Part shown: positions 8,752 to 18,319 of the stretch, piece after piece
Numbering within the stretch: the stretch's first letter is position 1
Layout: each line of letters starts with the position of its first letter
From: Promethearchaeota archaeon
Lineage (GTDB): Archaea; Asgardarchaeota; Lokiarchaeia; Sigyniarchaeales; SOKP01
DNA: 22,646 bases
NCBI GenBank assembly: GCA_048938025.1
Contig: JBHLMP010000003.1
Coordinates: 66,608 to 89,253, forward strand
Direction of reading: 5' to 3'
Notes under the pieces: model-generated
Seen by the model: only the letters and a program-made list of their open reading frames with translations
What the model was told of the DNA's origin: nothing
Database searches by the model: none
Position numbers and translations under genes: made by a program

Positions 8752-10602
8752 CTATATAAGATAACTTCTTAATTGTTGAATAAATTTATTGATATTTCTA
8801 TCAATTTTCTTTCTCCTTTTCTTGAAATCATCTGATAATTTCAGATAAGCTGTTCTTGAAGGCAATCTTCCTCGTTTATAACGTGTTTCTAAAAGATTCA
8901 AGCCATCTTCAATACTTATTCGCTCAGCTTCTAGAACATCTAATTTTTTTACGATATTTTCAAAGGTTTCATTTGTTTCCATTACAACTTTTTTAAATGG
9001 AATTATTTCTTTTTGAATTTCCTCGATTTTTGATGTGTTTTTACTTAAAATACTTTGATACTTCTTTTTAGCCATTTTTTTTCTTTTTGCATCTTCTTCT
9101 GCTTGTCTAATTTCTATAGCTAAAGCGTTTTTTTCCTCATATAAAGAGGAATATTCTCGGATTTCATCTATTGGGATAAATTCCTTCTTAATTGCAGCTG
9201 AGTCATATTCTCTCTTTCTTGTTTTTATTAGTAAAACGTAAAAAGATGCAATTGAAGATATAACTATTATAAAAATGATAGGTCTTAAAAACATATCAAA
9301 AAGATCAATTGTAAATGTGAACTGTATTAATCTATTTTCTAATGGACTTACATAATTAGACCTATAGATCATTATAGTATTACCTTTAGAACTTTTAATG
9401 GCATCTGGAGGATCGGTGATATCATCGATTTTATAGCATCCATCAATAACAATTTTAACGGTTTGTTCTCTTCCCATAAAATCATATTTAGTTGTTAAAA
9501 TATCTATTTTAATTGATGCTTGAAACCAATTTAATGAATAAAATTTTTCAAAAGGTAAATAATATTCTACTGTAAATTTAAATGTTGAATTTGGTGCCAT
9601 TACCACTCGATTTTCTTCTAAATCAATGGTTAAAAGACCAGAGGGATCAATTGTTGTTCCTAAAATTTCACCTAAATCATCTGAGATATATACATTTCTA
9701 GCAGATTTAATAAGTTTCAATGAATATGTGCTAATATCCATTATTCCATTATTTTTTAGTAAGAAATCTTCTTTAACTCTTATGATCCCCCAGGGTGAAA
9801 TGAAAATTTCTCGAGTAATTTCTTTCGCTTCTAATCTTGCATAGCTGTTATCAGCGAGAGATATAGTTGTATATCTGTACTCATTCAAATTTTCTAAGAA
9901 GGGTTCTATATAATTGTCACTAAGTTCACTTTCGATATCTAGTATATCATAAATAACTAAAACATAATCTGGAACTACGTACCCCCACTCATCATTTGTT
10001 TTTAATTCTTTACCAGAATCTGGAAAATCAAAAATAGCTCTCATATTTTTTTCTGCTTTGTACGGTAGAAGTGGAAAAATATAACCCGTGAAATAAACTC
10101 CTTGTTTTAGTTCTTCAGCTGGTTCAAGTTGCATATATAAAAGATTTTTATACATTTGTCTAAAGATTATAGTTTTTGATTGGTATGGTAATAAAGGAGA
10201 ATCGAAATATATTGCTATCATTTCATAAGCATCCATTACCATATAGGAACGCTCAGTTAGTAATGTGTTCCCCCCATTTCCAGTAGCTTCGAAGAAAACT
10301 AGATAATCTGAATATTCTTTAGGAATTGCTATAAAAACTGATGTAATAGGATTACTGTTTAAATTTTTAAATGTTATTTCATCTCTAAAATACATTAAAT
10401 CATATTGACTTGTATTGACTGCGCGACCAATATTAGTAATTAAAATATTCTCTGCCCCTTCCAAATTAGGTGAGAGTTTTGGATTTTCTGTACTATTTTG
10501 ATTAATATAATTTATCTCAGATGGATTAGAGATAAATGAAAATAGTGCAATAATTAACAGAAATACTGTGAAAACAAATAAAATATTTTTTCTTTTTAAC
10601 AT
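8752..10602 (-). CDS. Ribophorin I (RPN1/Ost1)-like oligosaccharyltransferase accessory subunit
   Basis: Signal/anchor peptide, beta-rich extracellular domains with REIFISPWGIIRVKEDFLLKNNG (cf. ribophorin I R.I.VSHWGNI.VEE), YISDDLGEI, FTVEYYLP, one TM helix, and a basic helical cytosolic C-terminus. Confidence 0.8.
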   Translation of the reverse strand: MLKRKNILFVFTVFLLIIALFSFISNPSEINYINQNSTENPKLSPNLEGAENILITNIGRAVNTSQYDLMYFRDEITFKNLNSNPITSVFIAIPKEYSDYLVFFEATGNGGNTLLTERSYMVMDAYEMIAIYFDSPLLPYQSKTIIFRQMYKNLLYMQLEPAEELKQGVYFTGYIFPLLPYKAEKNMRAIFDFPDSGKELKTNDEWGYVVPDYVLVIYDILDIESELSDNYIEPFLENLNEYRYTTISLADNSYARLEAKEITREIFISPWGIIRVKEDFLLKNNGIMDISTYSLKLIKSARNVYISDDLGEILGTTIDPSGLLTIDLEENRVVMAPNSTFKFTVEYYLPFEKFYSLNWFQASIKIDILTTKYDFMGREQTVKIVIDGCYKIDDITDPPDAIKSSKGNTIMIYRSNYVSPLENRLIQFTFTIDLFDMFLRPIIFIIVISSIASFYVLLIKTRKREYDSAAIKKEFIPIDEIREYSSLYEEKNALAIEIRQAEEDAKRKKMAKKKYQSILSKNTSKIEEIQKEIIPFKKVVMETNETFENIVKKLDVLEAERISIEDGLNLLETRYKRGRLPSRTAYLKLSDDFKKRRKKIDRNINKFIQQLRSYLI

Positions 10603-10754
10603 ATAATTATTTAATCTTCCTTAAATTATCTAAAAATAATTAAAACAATTAATAAAATTTATTAAAATTTTATTTTTAAACTTTCAGATAAAATTTTATA
10701 TTTTTTTGGTTATTTATTTAATATATACAAATTAATTGTTGGATTTTTTTAAAA

Positions 10755-10976
10755 ATGTCATCTCGTACAGGTCAATCAAGACGTAAGAAAAGAAGAAGCG
10801 GGAGTGCTCCAATGCCAATGGGAGGAGCTGGATTAATGAGATTCTTTGAGGATAGTTCTATAGGCATTAAAGTGGGACCTATAAGTACACTAATATTATC
10901 TATTTCATTAATTTTAATCGTAATCCTTGCTCATGCGCATATCTTTGATTGGTTATTTACTCCGGGAGGAGGTTAA
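10755..10976 (+). CDS. secG: Preprotein translocase subunit Sec61beta
   Basis: Basic disordered N-terminus, GGAGLMRFFEDSSIGIKVGP followed by a single TM helix ending ILAH. Confidence 0.93.
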   Translation: MSSRTGQSRRKKRRSGSAPMPMGGAGLMRFFEDSSIGIKVGPISTLILSISLILIVILAHAHIFDWLFTPGGG

Positions 10977-11023
10977 AGGTACTTCTTTTTTTAATTTAAT
11001 TTAATGATTTATAAACAAAAAAT

Positions 11024-11317
11024 ATGAGAATTACTGATTTTCAAGGCTTAATAAAAGATCTTTACTTTCGACAAGACTATAAAAGAGGAATTAAAGCAAC
11101 TTATATTTGGTTAATTGAAGAGATTGGAGAGCTAGCGAAGATTATCAATGATCCTAAAATTGATATAGAACAAGCTTCTGAAGAACTTGCTGATATTATA
11201 GCTTGGACAAGCTCATTAGCAAATTTATTAGATATTGACCTTGAAGATGCTCTATTAAAAAAATATCCTAATATGTGCATTAAATGTAAATCTAATCCTT
11301 GTATTTGTGGAAAGTAA
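11024..11317 (+). CDS. MazG-like nucleotide pyrophosphohydrolase
   Basis: WLIEEIGELA, EELADIIAW, LANLLDIDLEDA..KKY, and archaeal C-terminal CxxCxxxPCxC. Confidence 0.9.
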   Translation: MRITDFQGLIKDLYFRQDYKRGIKATYIWLIEEIGELAKIINDPKIDIEQASEELADIIAWTSSLANLLDIDLEDALLKKYPNMCIKCKSNPCICGK

Positions 11318-11439
11318 CTTATTTATTTCGAAATTTGAAGATTTAACATATTAAATTTAAGAAAATCCTAAAAACTTTCAAAATTTCTATAAAACATAAC
11401 TGCACTTTTAAAAAAAATTATAATTTTAATTTCATTTTA

Positions 11440-12558
11440 GTGCTTACTATGAGCTTATTTAGTAAAAAGATTTGGATAGACATTGAACAACCTAAAACAG
11501 CCATAATGTTTAACTCCCTAATTAAAAAATTTGAAAAGGAAGATTCAGAGCTTTTAATAACAGCTAGAGATTATGATTCGACATATCAAATTCTAGACGA
11601 TTCTGGAATAAAATATAAAAAAATTGGTAGGCATGGAGGTGGAAAATTAGAATTTAAATTGAAAACTTACATAACTCGCCTAAAACAATTATTTCCTTTA
11701 ATCATTAGATTTTCACCAGACTATTTTATTACTTTTTTATCAATAGAAGGAACAAGGATCGCATATGGATTACAAATTCCTTCAATAGGATTTAATGACG
11801 AACCTCGCAATAAACCTGTATGTAAGTTAATACACCCATTCATAGGGAATCTAATCACTCCGGAGTGCATCCCTAAAGAATTGTATGTCCATCTTTATGC
11901 CGATCCTGAGAAAATTATTAGATATAATGGAGTTGATGAAATTGCTTGGCTTTCAGAATATGCTCCCAATGCTGAAGTTCTTGAAAAATTTGATTTAGAA
12001 AAAGGAAAATTCTTGATAATCAGGACTGAGCCTACCCATGCTAGTTATTTAATTGATAAACTTAAACCAGAAGAAACTATGATTAGTAAATTTTTTCCTC
12101 CGATTTTTAAAGAATTTCCAAATCATAAATATTTCCTTCTTGTGCGTTCAAAAAAACAAGAACAATTCCTTTTAAACCGGCTTAAAAATTTTAGTAAAGA
12201 AAAAAATGTCATCATAACTCAATATTTACCAAATATTGTCGATTTATGTTTCTATGGAGCTTTAATAATTAGTGGGGGGGGAACCATTGTACGTGAATCA
12301 AGTTTATTAAATGTACCTAGCATCGAATTTTTCCCAGGAGAATCTGCACCACAGGAAAAATTTTTAATAAAAAATGGATTTCCTCTAGAACATGTACGAG
12401 AGTCAAACCAATTGGTTGAAAGAACTATAGATATTCTTAATCAAGGTCCTTCTCCAGATAGATTTAAGCTTAGCTCTTTTAAAGAAAAAATTAAACAATT
12501 TGAAAATCCAATCGATATTTGTTTCAATTATGTAAAAAGCAAATTAAGAGATTTGTAA
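11440..12558 (+). CDS. DUF354 family protein (GT-B fold, putative glycosyltransferase/epimerase-like)
   Basis: KIWIDI, LITARDY, IGRHGG, AYGLQIPSIGFND, YNGVDEIAW, SGGGTIVRESSLLNVPSI. The start may be the ATG at 11449. Confidence 0.85.
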   Translation: MLTMSLFSKKIWIDIEQPKTAIMFNSLIKKFEKEDSELLITARDYDSTYQILDDSGIKYKKIGRHGGGKLEFKLKTYITRLKQLFPLIIRFSPDYFITFLSIEGTRIAYGLQIPSIGFNDEPRNKPVCKLIHPFIGNLITPECIPKELYVHLYADPEKIIRYNGVDEIAWLSEYAPNAEVLEKFDLEKGKFLIIRTEPTHASYLIDKLKPEETMISKFFPPIFKEFPNHKYFLLVRSKKQEQFLLNRLKNFSKEKNVIITQYLPNIVDLCFYGALIISGGGTIVRESSLLNVPSIEFFPGESAPQEKFLIKNGFPLEHVRESNQLVERTIDILNQGPSPDRFKLSSFKEKIKQFENPIDICFNYVKSKLRDL

Positions 12559-12629
12559 AGTCTTTTTTTTACAAATTCAAAGATAAAAATTCTAGGATAT
12601 TTATTTTAAATTGTTAAGATATTATCTAA

Positions 12630-13742
12630 TTAGTGATTTTTAGTATCAATTAAAAACTTCTGATAAACTTTTTCTAGTCTTTTTCCAACCGAGTCCCAAG
12701 AATATCTTTTTACAAATTCCTGTCCTCTCTTTACAAGACTTTCCCTTAGAATATCATCTTTTATGAGCTTATTAATTGCTTCAGCAAGTAATCGGGGGTT
12801 TTTAGGAGGAATAAAGATGGCATTATCCTGCAAAATTTCACGATAGACTTTTAATGATGAGCTTATTACAGAAGTTCCACATGCAAGTGCTTCAAGTTGT
12901 GTATTTCCAAATCCTTCTGACCCAAATGAATATTGTATTAATATATCGGCCATAGTGTAATAAACTGGAACCTCTTCTTCAGGGACATACCCTAAAAAAA
13001 TGATATCTTTATATTGGCTTTTCCATTTTCTGTAAATATTTGCCATTTTAAAATCAGGAAGTCCACCGATGACAAAATTTAAGTCTGGAATCTTCTTTTT
13101 GGCGATTTTATAAGCTGCTATTATATCATTAACATCTTTATAGTTTGCAATCCGTCCGAAAGTAAAGATCACCGGACCTTTAATATTTAACTTCTCTTTT
13201 AATTTTTGAGCTTCTTTTGGTTTAGGCTTAAACCAATCTCCAATACCATTATAGATTACTTGAATTTTATTTAAATTAGCCTTTGGTATATAATGTTTAA
13301 TTCCATTTTTAGAATAATCTGAAACAGTTGTTATATATGTAGCCTTTTTAATAATATATTTAATTAAATATGTCTCCATTGGAATTGTAGTAAATTTTGT
13401 TTCAAAAGGACCTAAATCATGAATTGTCGATATATATTTCTTTTTATTAGAAAAAATTATAGGTAATGTTCCTTTGGCACCATTTCCATGAATAATATCA
13501 AAATTATGACTTCTAAGATACTTAGCAATTTTAGATACAAATTGAGGTGCCCAAAAAAAACGTTTTCTTATTAAGTCGACTTGTACTATTTTTGGATCAT
13601 CAAGTTTAATATTCCATTTACCAGTAACTAATTTAACGTCATGATTCTGTTTCTTTAAATAATCAAAAATCCCCTCAAAACCAGAACGTTCGCTATCTGG
13701 AGCGATTTTTAAAGAAACTAAACAAATTTTCAGTTTTTTCAT
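12630..13742 (-). CDS. GT4-family (GT-B) glycosyltransferase
   Basis: DIIHG, TIHDL, TVSDYS, VIYNGI, EGFGNTQLEALACGTSVI (Ex7E), YSWD. Confidence 0.92.
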   Translation of the reverse strand: MKKLKICLVSLKIAPDSERSGFEGIFDYLKKQNHDVKLVTGKWNIKLDDPKIVQVDLIRKRFFWAPQFVSKIAKYLRSHNFDIIHGNGAKGTLPIIFSNKKKYISTIHDLGPFETKFTTIPMETYLIKYIIKKATYITTVSDYSKNGIKHYIPKANLNKIQVIYNGIGDWFKPKPKEAQKLKEKLNIKGPVIFTFGRIANYKDVNDIIAAYKIAKKKIPDLNFVIGGLPDFKMANIYRKWKSQYKDIIFLGYVPEEEVPVYYTMADILIQYSFGSEGFGNTQLEALACGTSVISSSLKVYREILQDNAIFIPPKNPRLLAEAINKLIKDDILRESLVKRGQEFVKRYSWDSVGKRLEKVYQKFLIDTKNH

Positions 13743-13779
13743 TTAATTTTTTAAAAAAAATTTTGTATTTGAAATAATT

Positions 13780-14760
13780 TTATGTTAATTCTTCAAATCC
13801 AGCTTCAGTAATTAAAATAGTTTCTTCTGACTGAGCTACAAAAACTCCTTTTTTTTCTGCTAATACATAATGGGCTTGCAATTTTCCTTGTTGTACAAGC
13901 TCTTGGAGTCCAAATGCAATACCCATCCTAAATTCTTTTGCCAACCATCTCTCTGCGAAAGGTAAAGTTTTATAATTCTTATTAATAAAACCCAAGAGTT
14001 GTTTGGAAGTTTTCCTTCTTAAAGGTACTCTACCAGCATAAGGGTTCAACTCATAAATGAACGCATTTCTGGTATTATGAACAGTACCTTCGCCTGTACT
14101 TGCAAATATTTCTATAGAAAACACCTCACCATCTTCCATAATATCACCACCTTGAGTACCTAATTCAGGTAGTGATTTTTCCCCATGAACAGTCCATCTT
14201 TCTATTTGGTGTCCTCCTAGTTCTTTTATAGGATTATATTTAAATCCTTTAACAATACTTTCTATTTTTTTCCCCATTTCTTTAGTATGCACTTTAGGTT
14301 TTGCCATCATTTTAGCTGCTTCCAGAGCAACTTCAGTAGCTTGTATTATATTTTCAAGCTCTTTATTTTCATTTAAGTTAACAGAAAAGGCAGTATCAAC
14401 GAGATAACCTTCTATATGGACACCTAGATCGATCTTTACTATATCACCATCATCAATGGTTAAGCCATCATCTTTTAAAGGAGATGTATAATGTGCTGCT
14501 ATATTATTTATACTTAAATTTACTGGAAATGCACATTTTCCGTCTAATTCTTCAATTTTTCCCTCAGTAGTAGAAATTATATCAATTGCCTTTGCTCCTA
14601 CTTTAATTTTTGGTTTTATGAATTTTTTCACTTCTTGAGCAATTTTTCCAGCTTTTCTAAGTGATTCAATTTTTAATCTCTTTTGTTCTTCCTCTTTTTC
14701 TAACTCTTCTTCACTTTTCTCCTTTTGAGGTTTGCTTTTTAAATTTTGATTCTCAGTCAT
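13780..14760 (-). CDS. map: Methionine aminopeptidase type II
   Basis: AFPVNLSINNIAAHYT, KIDLGVHIEGYLVDTA, LGGHQI, EIFASTGEG, helical insert with LPFAERWL, VAQSEET. Confidence 0.96.
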   Translation of the reverse strand: MTENQNLKSKPQKEKSEEELEKEEEQKRLKIESLRKAGKIAQEVKKFIKPKIKVGAKAIDIISTTEGKIEELDGKCAFPVNLSINNIAAHYTSPLKDDGLTIDDGDIVKIDLGVHIEGYLVDTAFSVNLNENKELENIIQATEVALEAAKMMAKPKVHTKEMGKKIESIVKGFKYNPIKELGGHQIERWTVHGEKSLPELGTQGGDIMEDGEVFSIEIFASTGEGTVHNTRNAFIYELNPYAGRVPLRRKTSKQLLGFINKNYKTLPFAERWLAKEFRMGIAFGLQELVQQGKLQAHYVLAEKKGVFVAQSEETILITEAGFEELT

Positions 14761-14796
14761 TAAAATATGTAATGAAAGTATGTTTTTAAATAAGTA

Positions 14797-14818
14797 TTAA
14801 CTTTATTAATAAAGTTAA
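14797..14818. promoter_or_regulatory. 22-bp perfect palindrome TTAACTTTATTAATAAAGTTAA, candidate operator
   Basis: Exact reverse-complement symmetry in the divergent map/roadblock intergenic region. Confidence 0.35.
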
Positions 14819-14930
14819 CATTAAAATTAGATCAAATATAAAAATAATATTATAATCATTTTTTCATATTATCTATAATTAATTCGGTTTATTTAACCTT
14901 AAAGGAATTATAAGGAAAATTAACCAATTA

Positions 14931-14937
14931 AGGAGGT
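14931..14937 (+). promoter_or_regulatory. Shine-Dalgarno-like AGGAGGT of the roadblock gene
   Basis: Lies 11 nt before the TTG start at 14949. Confidence 0.55.
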
Positions 14938-14948
14938 AACACCCCCGA

Positions 14949-15320
14949 TTGTCAGAAAATATTAGTGAACTCACCGATCTTCTAAGAAAAATGGAAGCAG
15001 TTAATGCCGATATTCAGGGTAGTGCCATCGTTAGCGTACAAGGCTTACCTATTTGCTCTGTGCTTGCTCGAGATGTTAACGACGGTATAGTGAGTGCCAT
15101 GAGTGCTGCAATTTTAAGTGTATCTGAGCGTGCTGTAGAGGAACTCGCTCGTGGAGATTTGAAGCGTATTTTGATAGAGGGTGTTGATGGAATTATTATC
15201 TTGTCAAAAGCAGGGGAAAACGCCATCTTATGTACATTAGCGAAAAGTGACGCCTCATTAGGAATGGTTTTTCTAAATATCCAAAGTGTTTCAAATAAAA
15301 TTGCTGAATTATTGGATTAA
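14949..15320 (+). CDS. Roadblock/LC7 (MglB-like) domain protein
   Basis: IQGSAIVSVQGLPI, VSAMSAAILSVSERAVEEL.RG.L..ILIEG..G, LGMVFL. 123 aa. Confidence 0.95.
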   Translation: MSENISELTDLLRKMEAVNADIQGSAIVSVQGLPICSVLARDVNDGIVSAMSAAILSVSERAVEELARGDLKRILIEGVDGIIILSKAGENAILCTLAKSDASLGMVFLNIQSVSNKIAELLD

Positions 15321-15388
15321 AGAAATTTAATCACTTTTTGACATTATAGCTATTTTTAATATAATATCCTTATTTTAATAGTTGTAGT

Positions 15389-16807
15389 ATGCCTTCAAAT
15401 CAATTATTTGAAAATTGTATGTCAAGAATTTTAAATTCAAAAGATAGGAAGCAAATTGAGAAAGAATTCTACAATGGCCTTTCTGAAAGCCTTAAACTTG
15501 GACAATTTAAGAGTTTCCAAAAATTGATTGATAATTCAATTAAATTCGATATTTTTATAGATGTAAAAAAAATACCAAATAGATTCAATCTAATCTCAAT
15601 GTTACTTTTAAGTTGTACTGAAAGAATATCTGAAGGGTATCAAACTTCTGCTTTAGGTGATATAATAGATGCTTTAAGATTTTGTAATAAGTTTAATTTA
15701 TTAGAGAAAGAATTAAATGAAGATGATAAAAAGGTTTTAGAAAGTGTTAAAGAAGATGAATTATTTTTGTCAAACTTAAACGACTTATTTGGAAAGGTAT
15801 CTGATTCATTCATATTGTACATTTATAAGATAATGCCTCAAGATCTTTATGATTATTTCATTAATAATCCCCTTACTTATTTTCCAAATCGAGATGGATT
15901 AATGAATTATATAAAGAAGATTTTTTTTAACCAGTATACTATATATGGTCTTAGTATTAGATATTTAAGCCCAATAAAAAGATTTATTGATGATTTTAAT
16001 AAAAATTCTTTATTCTACAGTAATCAAATAAATAAAGGAAAGGGAGATATTATTTTAAAAGAGAATAAATTTATTGAATTTAGTGTCGTATACAAATACA
16101 ACGTATTATATTATGATTTTGATGAAGAACATGAACATCGTGAAATTAAAAGACATCTAGTATCTCCTAAAAACATTTTTAAAAATAAAGATAAATTTCT
16201 AGCTAAAAATAATTATAATTTCTATAATTTATCAATGATTTTAATGGGCGGGGTTGGTCCACAGGGATTAGGTTTTACATATTCAACTCCTAAAGGAGAA
16301 GTAATTGAAATCTGTACTGATGTTAACCAGAATAAAGCTATTATAATTAAATTCAAAGAATTTTTAAGAAATCAATTTATTGAAAAATTGGAAAAAGAAT
16401 TACAAAATTATCATATTAAAGCTAATACAATTAAAAAATTAATTGATTATCTCCTAGAGACTTTAAGTAAAGAAGAAAAAATCAATTACCAAAAAAAAAA
16501 ATCAATTATTAGCCAAATTAAAAATTTTTTAGTTGAGGATGGTTATAATCAAAATTTTAATGAAATTGATTTTCAGGATTTAATAGATAAATTTTCAAAT
16601 GCAATATCCGCAATTTTACGACCCATAAAGATGATTGATCAATACAAAGCTCGAATGAACTTAATCGCTGATGGAAAATTAAAGGCAGAAGATATTGCTA
16701 AATTAACAAGTTTAAAAGGAAAATCTCATTATGATGTTTTACGAGAACGGTTTTTCTTTCAATATATCATTGATTGGTTTTATGATATATATTCTTCAGA
16801 AAAATGA
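15389..16807 (+). CDS. Hypothetical protein
   Basis: 472-aa ORF with host-like codon use and a conserved-looking Gly-rich segment GGVGPQGLGFTYSTPKGEVIEICTD. No family recognised. Confidence 0.75.
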   Translation: MPSNQLFENCMSRILNSKDRKQIEKEFYNGLSESLKLGQFKSFQKLIDNSIKFDIFIDVKKIPNRFNLISMLLLSCTERISEGYQTSALGDIIDALRFCNKFNLLEKELNEDDKKVLESVKEDELFLSNLNDLFGKVSDSFILYIYKIMPQDLYDYFINNPLTYFPNRDGLMNYIKKIFFNQYTIYGLSIRYLSPIKRFIDDFNKNSLFYSNQINKGKGDIILKENKFIEFSVVYKYNVLYYDFDEEHEHREIKRHLVSPKNIFKNKDKFLAKNNYNFYNLSMILMGGVGPQGLGFTYSTPKGEVIEICTDVNQNKAIIIKFKEFLRNQFIEKLEKELQNYHIKANTIKKLIDYLLETLSKEEKINYQKKKSIISQIKNFLVEDGYNQNFNEIDFQDLIDKFSNAISAILRPIKMIDQYKARMNLIADGKLKAEDIAKLTSLKGKSHYDVLRERFFFQYIIDWFYDIYSSEK

Positions 16808-16847
16808 TAATCTGTAAATAAGAATTATAAAAATAAAAATTAAAGAT

Positions 16848-18317
16848 TTATCGTCTTATTTCTTGAATTTGGTCAAAGATGTTATCAAATCGTTCTCTTA
16901 TTGAACCATACAATCCTTCCTCTTCGGAAACAACTGAATTTATAGCAGTTTTTAATCCATAATGGCTTTCAGATATCAAAACCCTTATAGGGAGTGTAAA
17001 AATATCGGTAATAATCATTAAAATCTCTTGAATAAGATTAATTATTTTTGGAACGTTCTCTCGAGTTCTATCAATCGCAGAAGATTCAGAGGGGATTAAC
17101 TCATCCTCCCGTTCTTTCTTTAATTCTTCCCAGACATTTTCCTTTAATTCGGAAAAATCAATGCCCAAGTTTTCAAGCGCCATTTTAACACCTTCAAACA
17201 GATAATTAATTGTATCTTTTGCAGAAAAAAGTTTAATATTTTCAACCATTTCTACAGGAGCCAATCCATCTAAAAAGCTTACTAATAATTTGTTATAATC
17301 TCTTATTACATCTAATGGAATAAATAAAAGAGTCATATCTTTAATCTGTTTATATAGATAGCCAAATATTTTCGCAACTGTTTCATTCTTAAGAGCTTTT
17401 TCTAATAAACCTCCATATTCATTTAAAAGATGTGTTCCTAAGTATCCAATAATTCTTATCATATCATCTTCATAATTTCTAAAATAATCGAAAAAATGTT
17501 CTGGTTCCATGTTTAATTTATCTCGAATGAGATCAGCAACTCGTTCCTTAATGCCTTCCAATGGTTCATCAAGAATTTCTTCTAATTTATCTATTGATAT
17601 AACATCCTGAAGTTTGTCTACAATATCTAACTTAGTTTCTTGAACAAGTTCTTCTTCGATGCTTTCTTCGAAATAGACATGAGAGGAAATTTTATCTTGA
17701 ATTTTTACTGCTGTATGTTCTTGCCATTCTTTATAATCATATATTTTACAAATGAATTGGAGACAATCGTCACCTCTAGTAATACATTTTTGCTCAACGA
17801 TACCAATCCGATAATCATTCCTTTTTACTTTGAGTATAAAGTTAGCTACACTTTCTAACATTCCGCAGAGTCCACAAGCCATTCCCTCAGTCTCTATATT
17901 TTTTATTTTCATAAAATTAAATGTATCGTCTTTATCTTGACCATAACTACTACAAATTGGACATTTTTTAATTTTAAGAATATAATCGTTATATTTTGAT
18001 TCTTCTTTAGGGATTTCCTCATAAGAATAATCATCCAATTCTTTTCCAAAAACAACAACCCAAAGAATTCCAAAATAATCTAGAACTTTTTTTGGATTTC
18101 CGGGCATAAATTTAAAGAGTGCTGAATGCCTTTCACATGATTCATAAGCCGCTCTTTTTCCCATTTCTCTCAGAATTATTAAACTATCTTCTTCATTTTG
18201 CGTTATTTCATTAATTTCTTTAAGTATTTCCCTATAAAGGAGTGTATAAAAGAGTGCATTAGTAGAACGACCAAAAGTTTTTGTAATTTTTTTCATTAAC
18301 CACTGAAATGCCCCCAT
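16848..18317 (-). CDS. V4R-domain protein with long helical C-terminal region
   Basis: LREMGKRAA helix, CPIC, CGLCGMLE, VEQKCITRGDDCLQF (V4R E..C...G...C.F motif). Confidence 0.75.
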   Translation of the reverse strand: MGAFQWLMKKITKTFGRSTNALFYTLLYREILKEINEITQNEEDSLIILREMGKRAAYESCERHSALFKFMPGNPKKVLDYFGILWVVVFGKELDDYSYEEIPKEESKYNDYILKIKKCPICSSYGQDKDDTFNFMKIKNIETEGMACGLCGMLESVANFILKVKRNDYRIGIVEQKCITRGDDCLQFICKIYDYKEWQEHTAVKIQDKISSHVYFEESIEEELVQETKLDIVDKLQDVISIDKLEEILDEPLEGIKERVADLIRDKLNMEPEHFFDYFRNYEDDMIRIIGYLGTHLLNEYGGLLEKALKNETVAKIFGYLYKQIKDMTLLFIPLDVIRDYNKLLVSFLDGLAPVEMVENIKLFSAKDTINYLFEGVKMALENLGIDFSELKENVWEELKKEREDELIPSESSAIDRTRENVPKIINLIQEILMIITDIFTLPIRVLISESHYGLKTAINSVVSEEEGLYGSIRERFDNIFDQIQEIRR

Positions 18318-18319
18318 TT

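Noticed and set aside
10651-10674. Inverted repeat AATAAAATTT-atta-AAATTTTATT between ribophorin I and sec61beta
   Set aside because: Purely A/T in a very AT-rich spacer, so plausible by chance.
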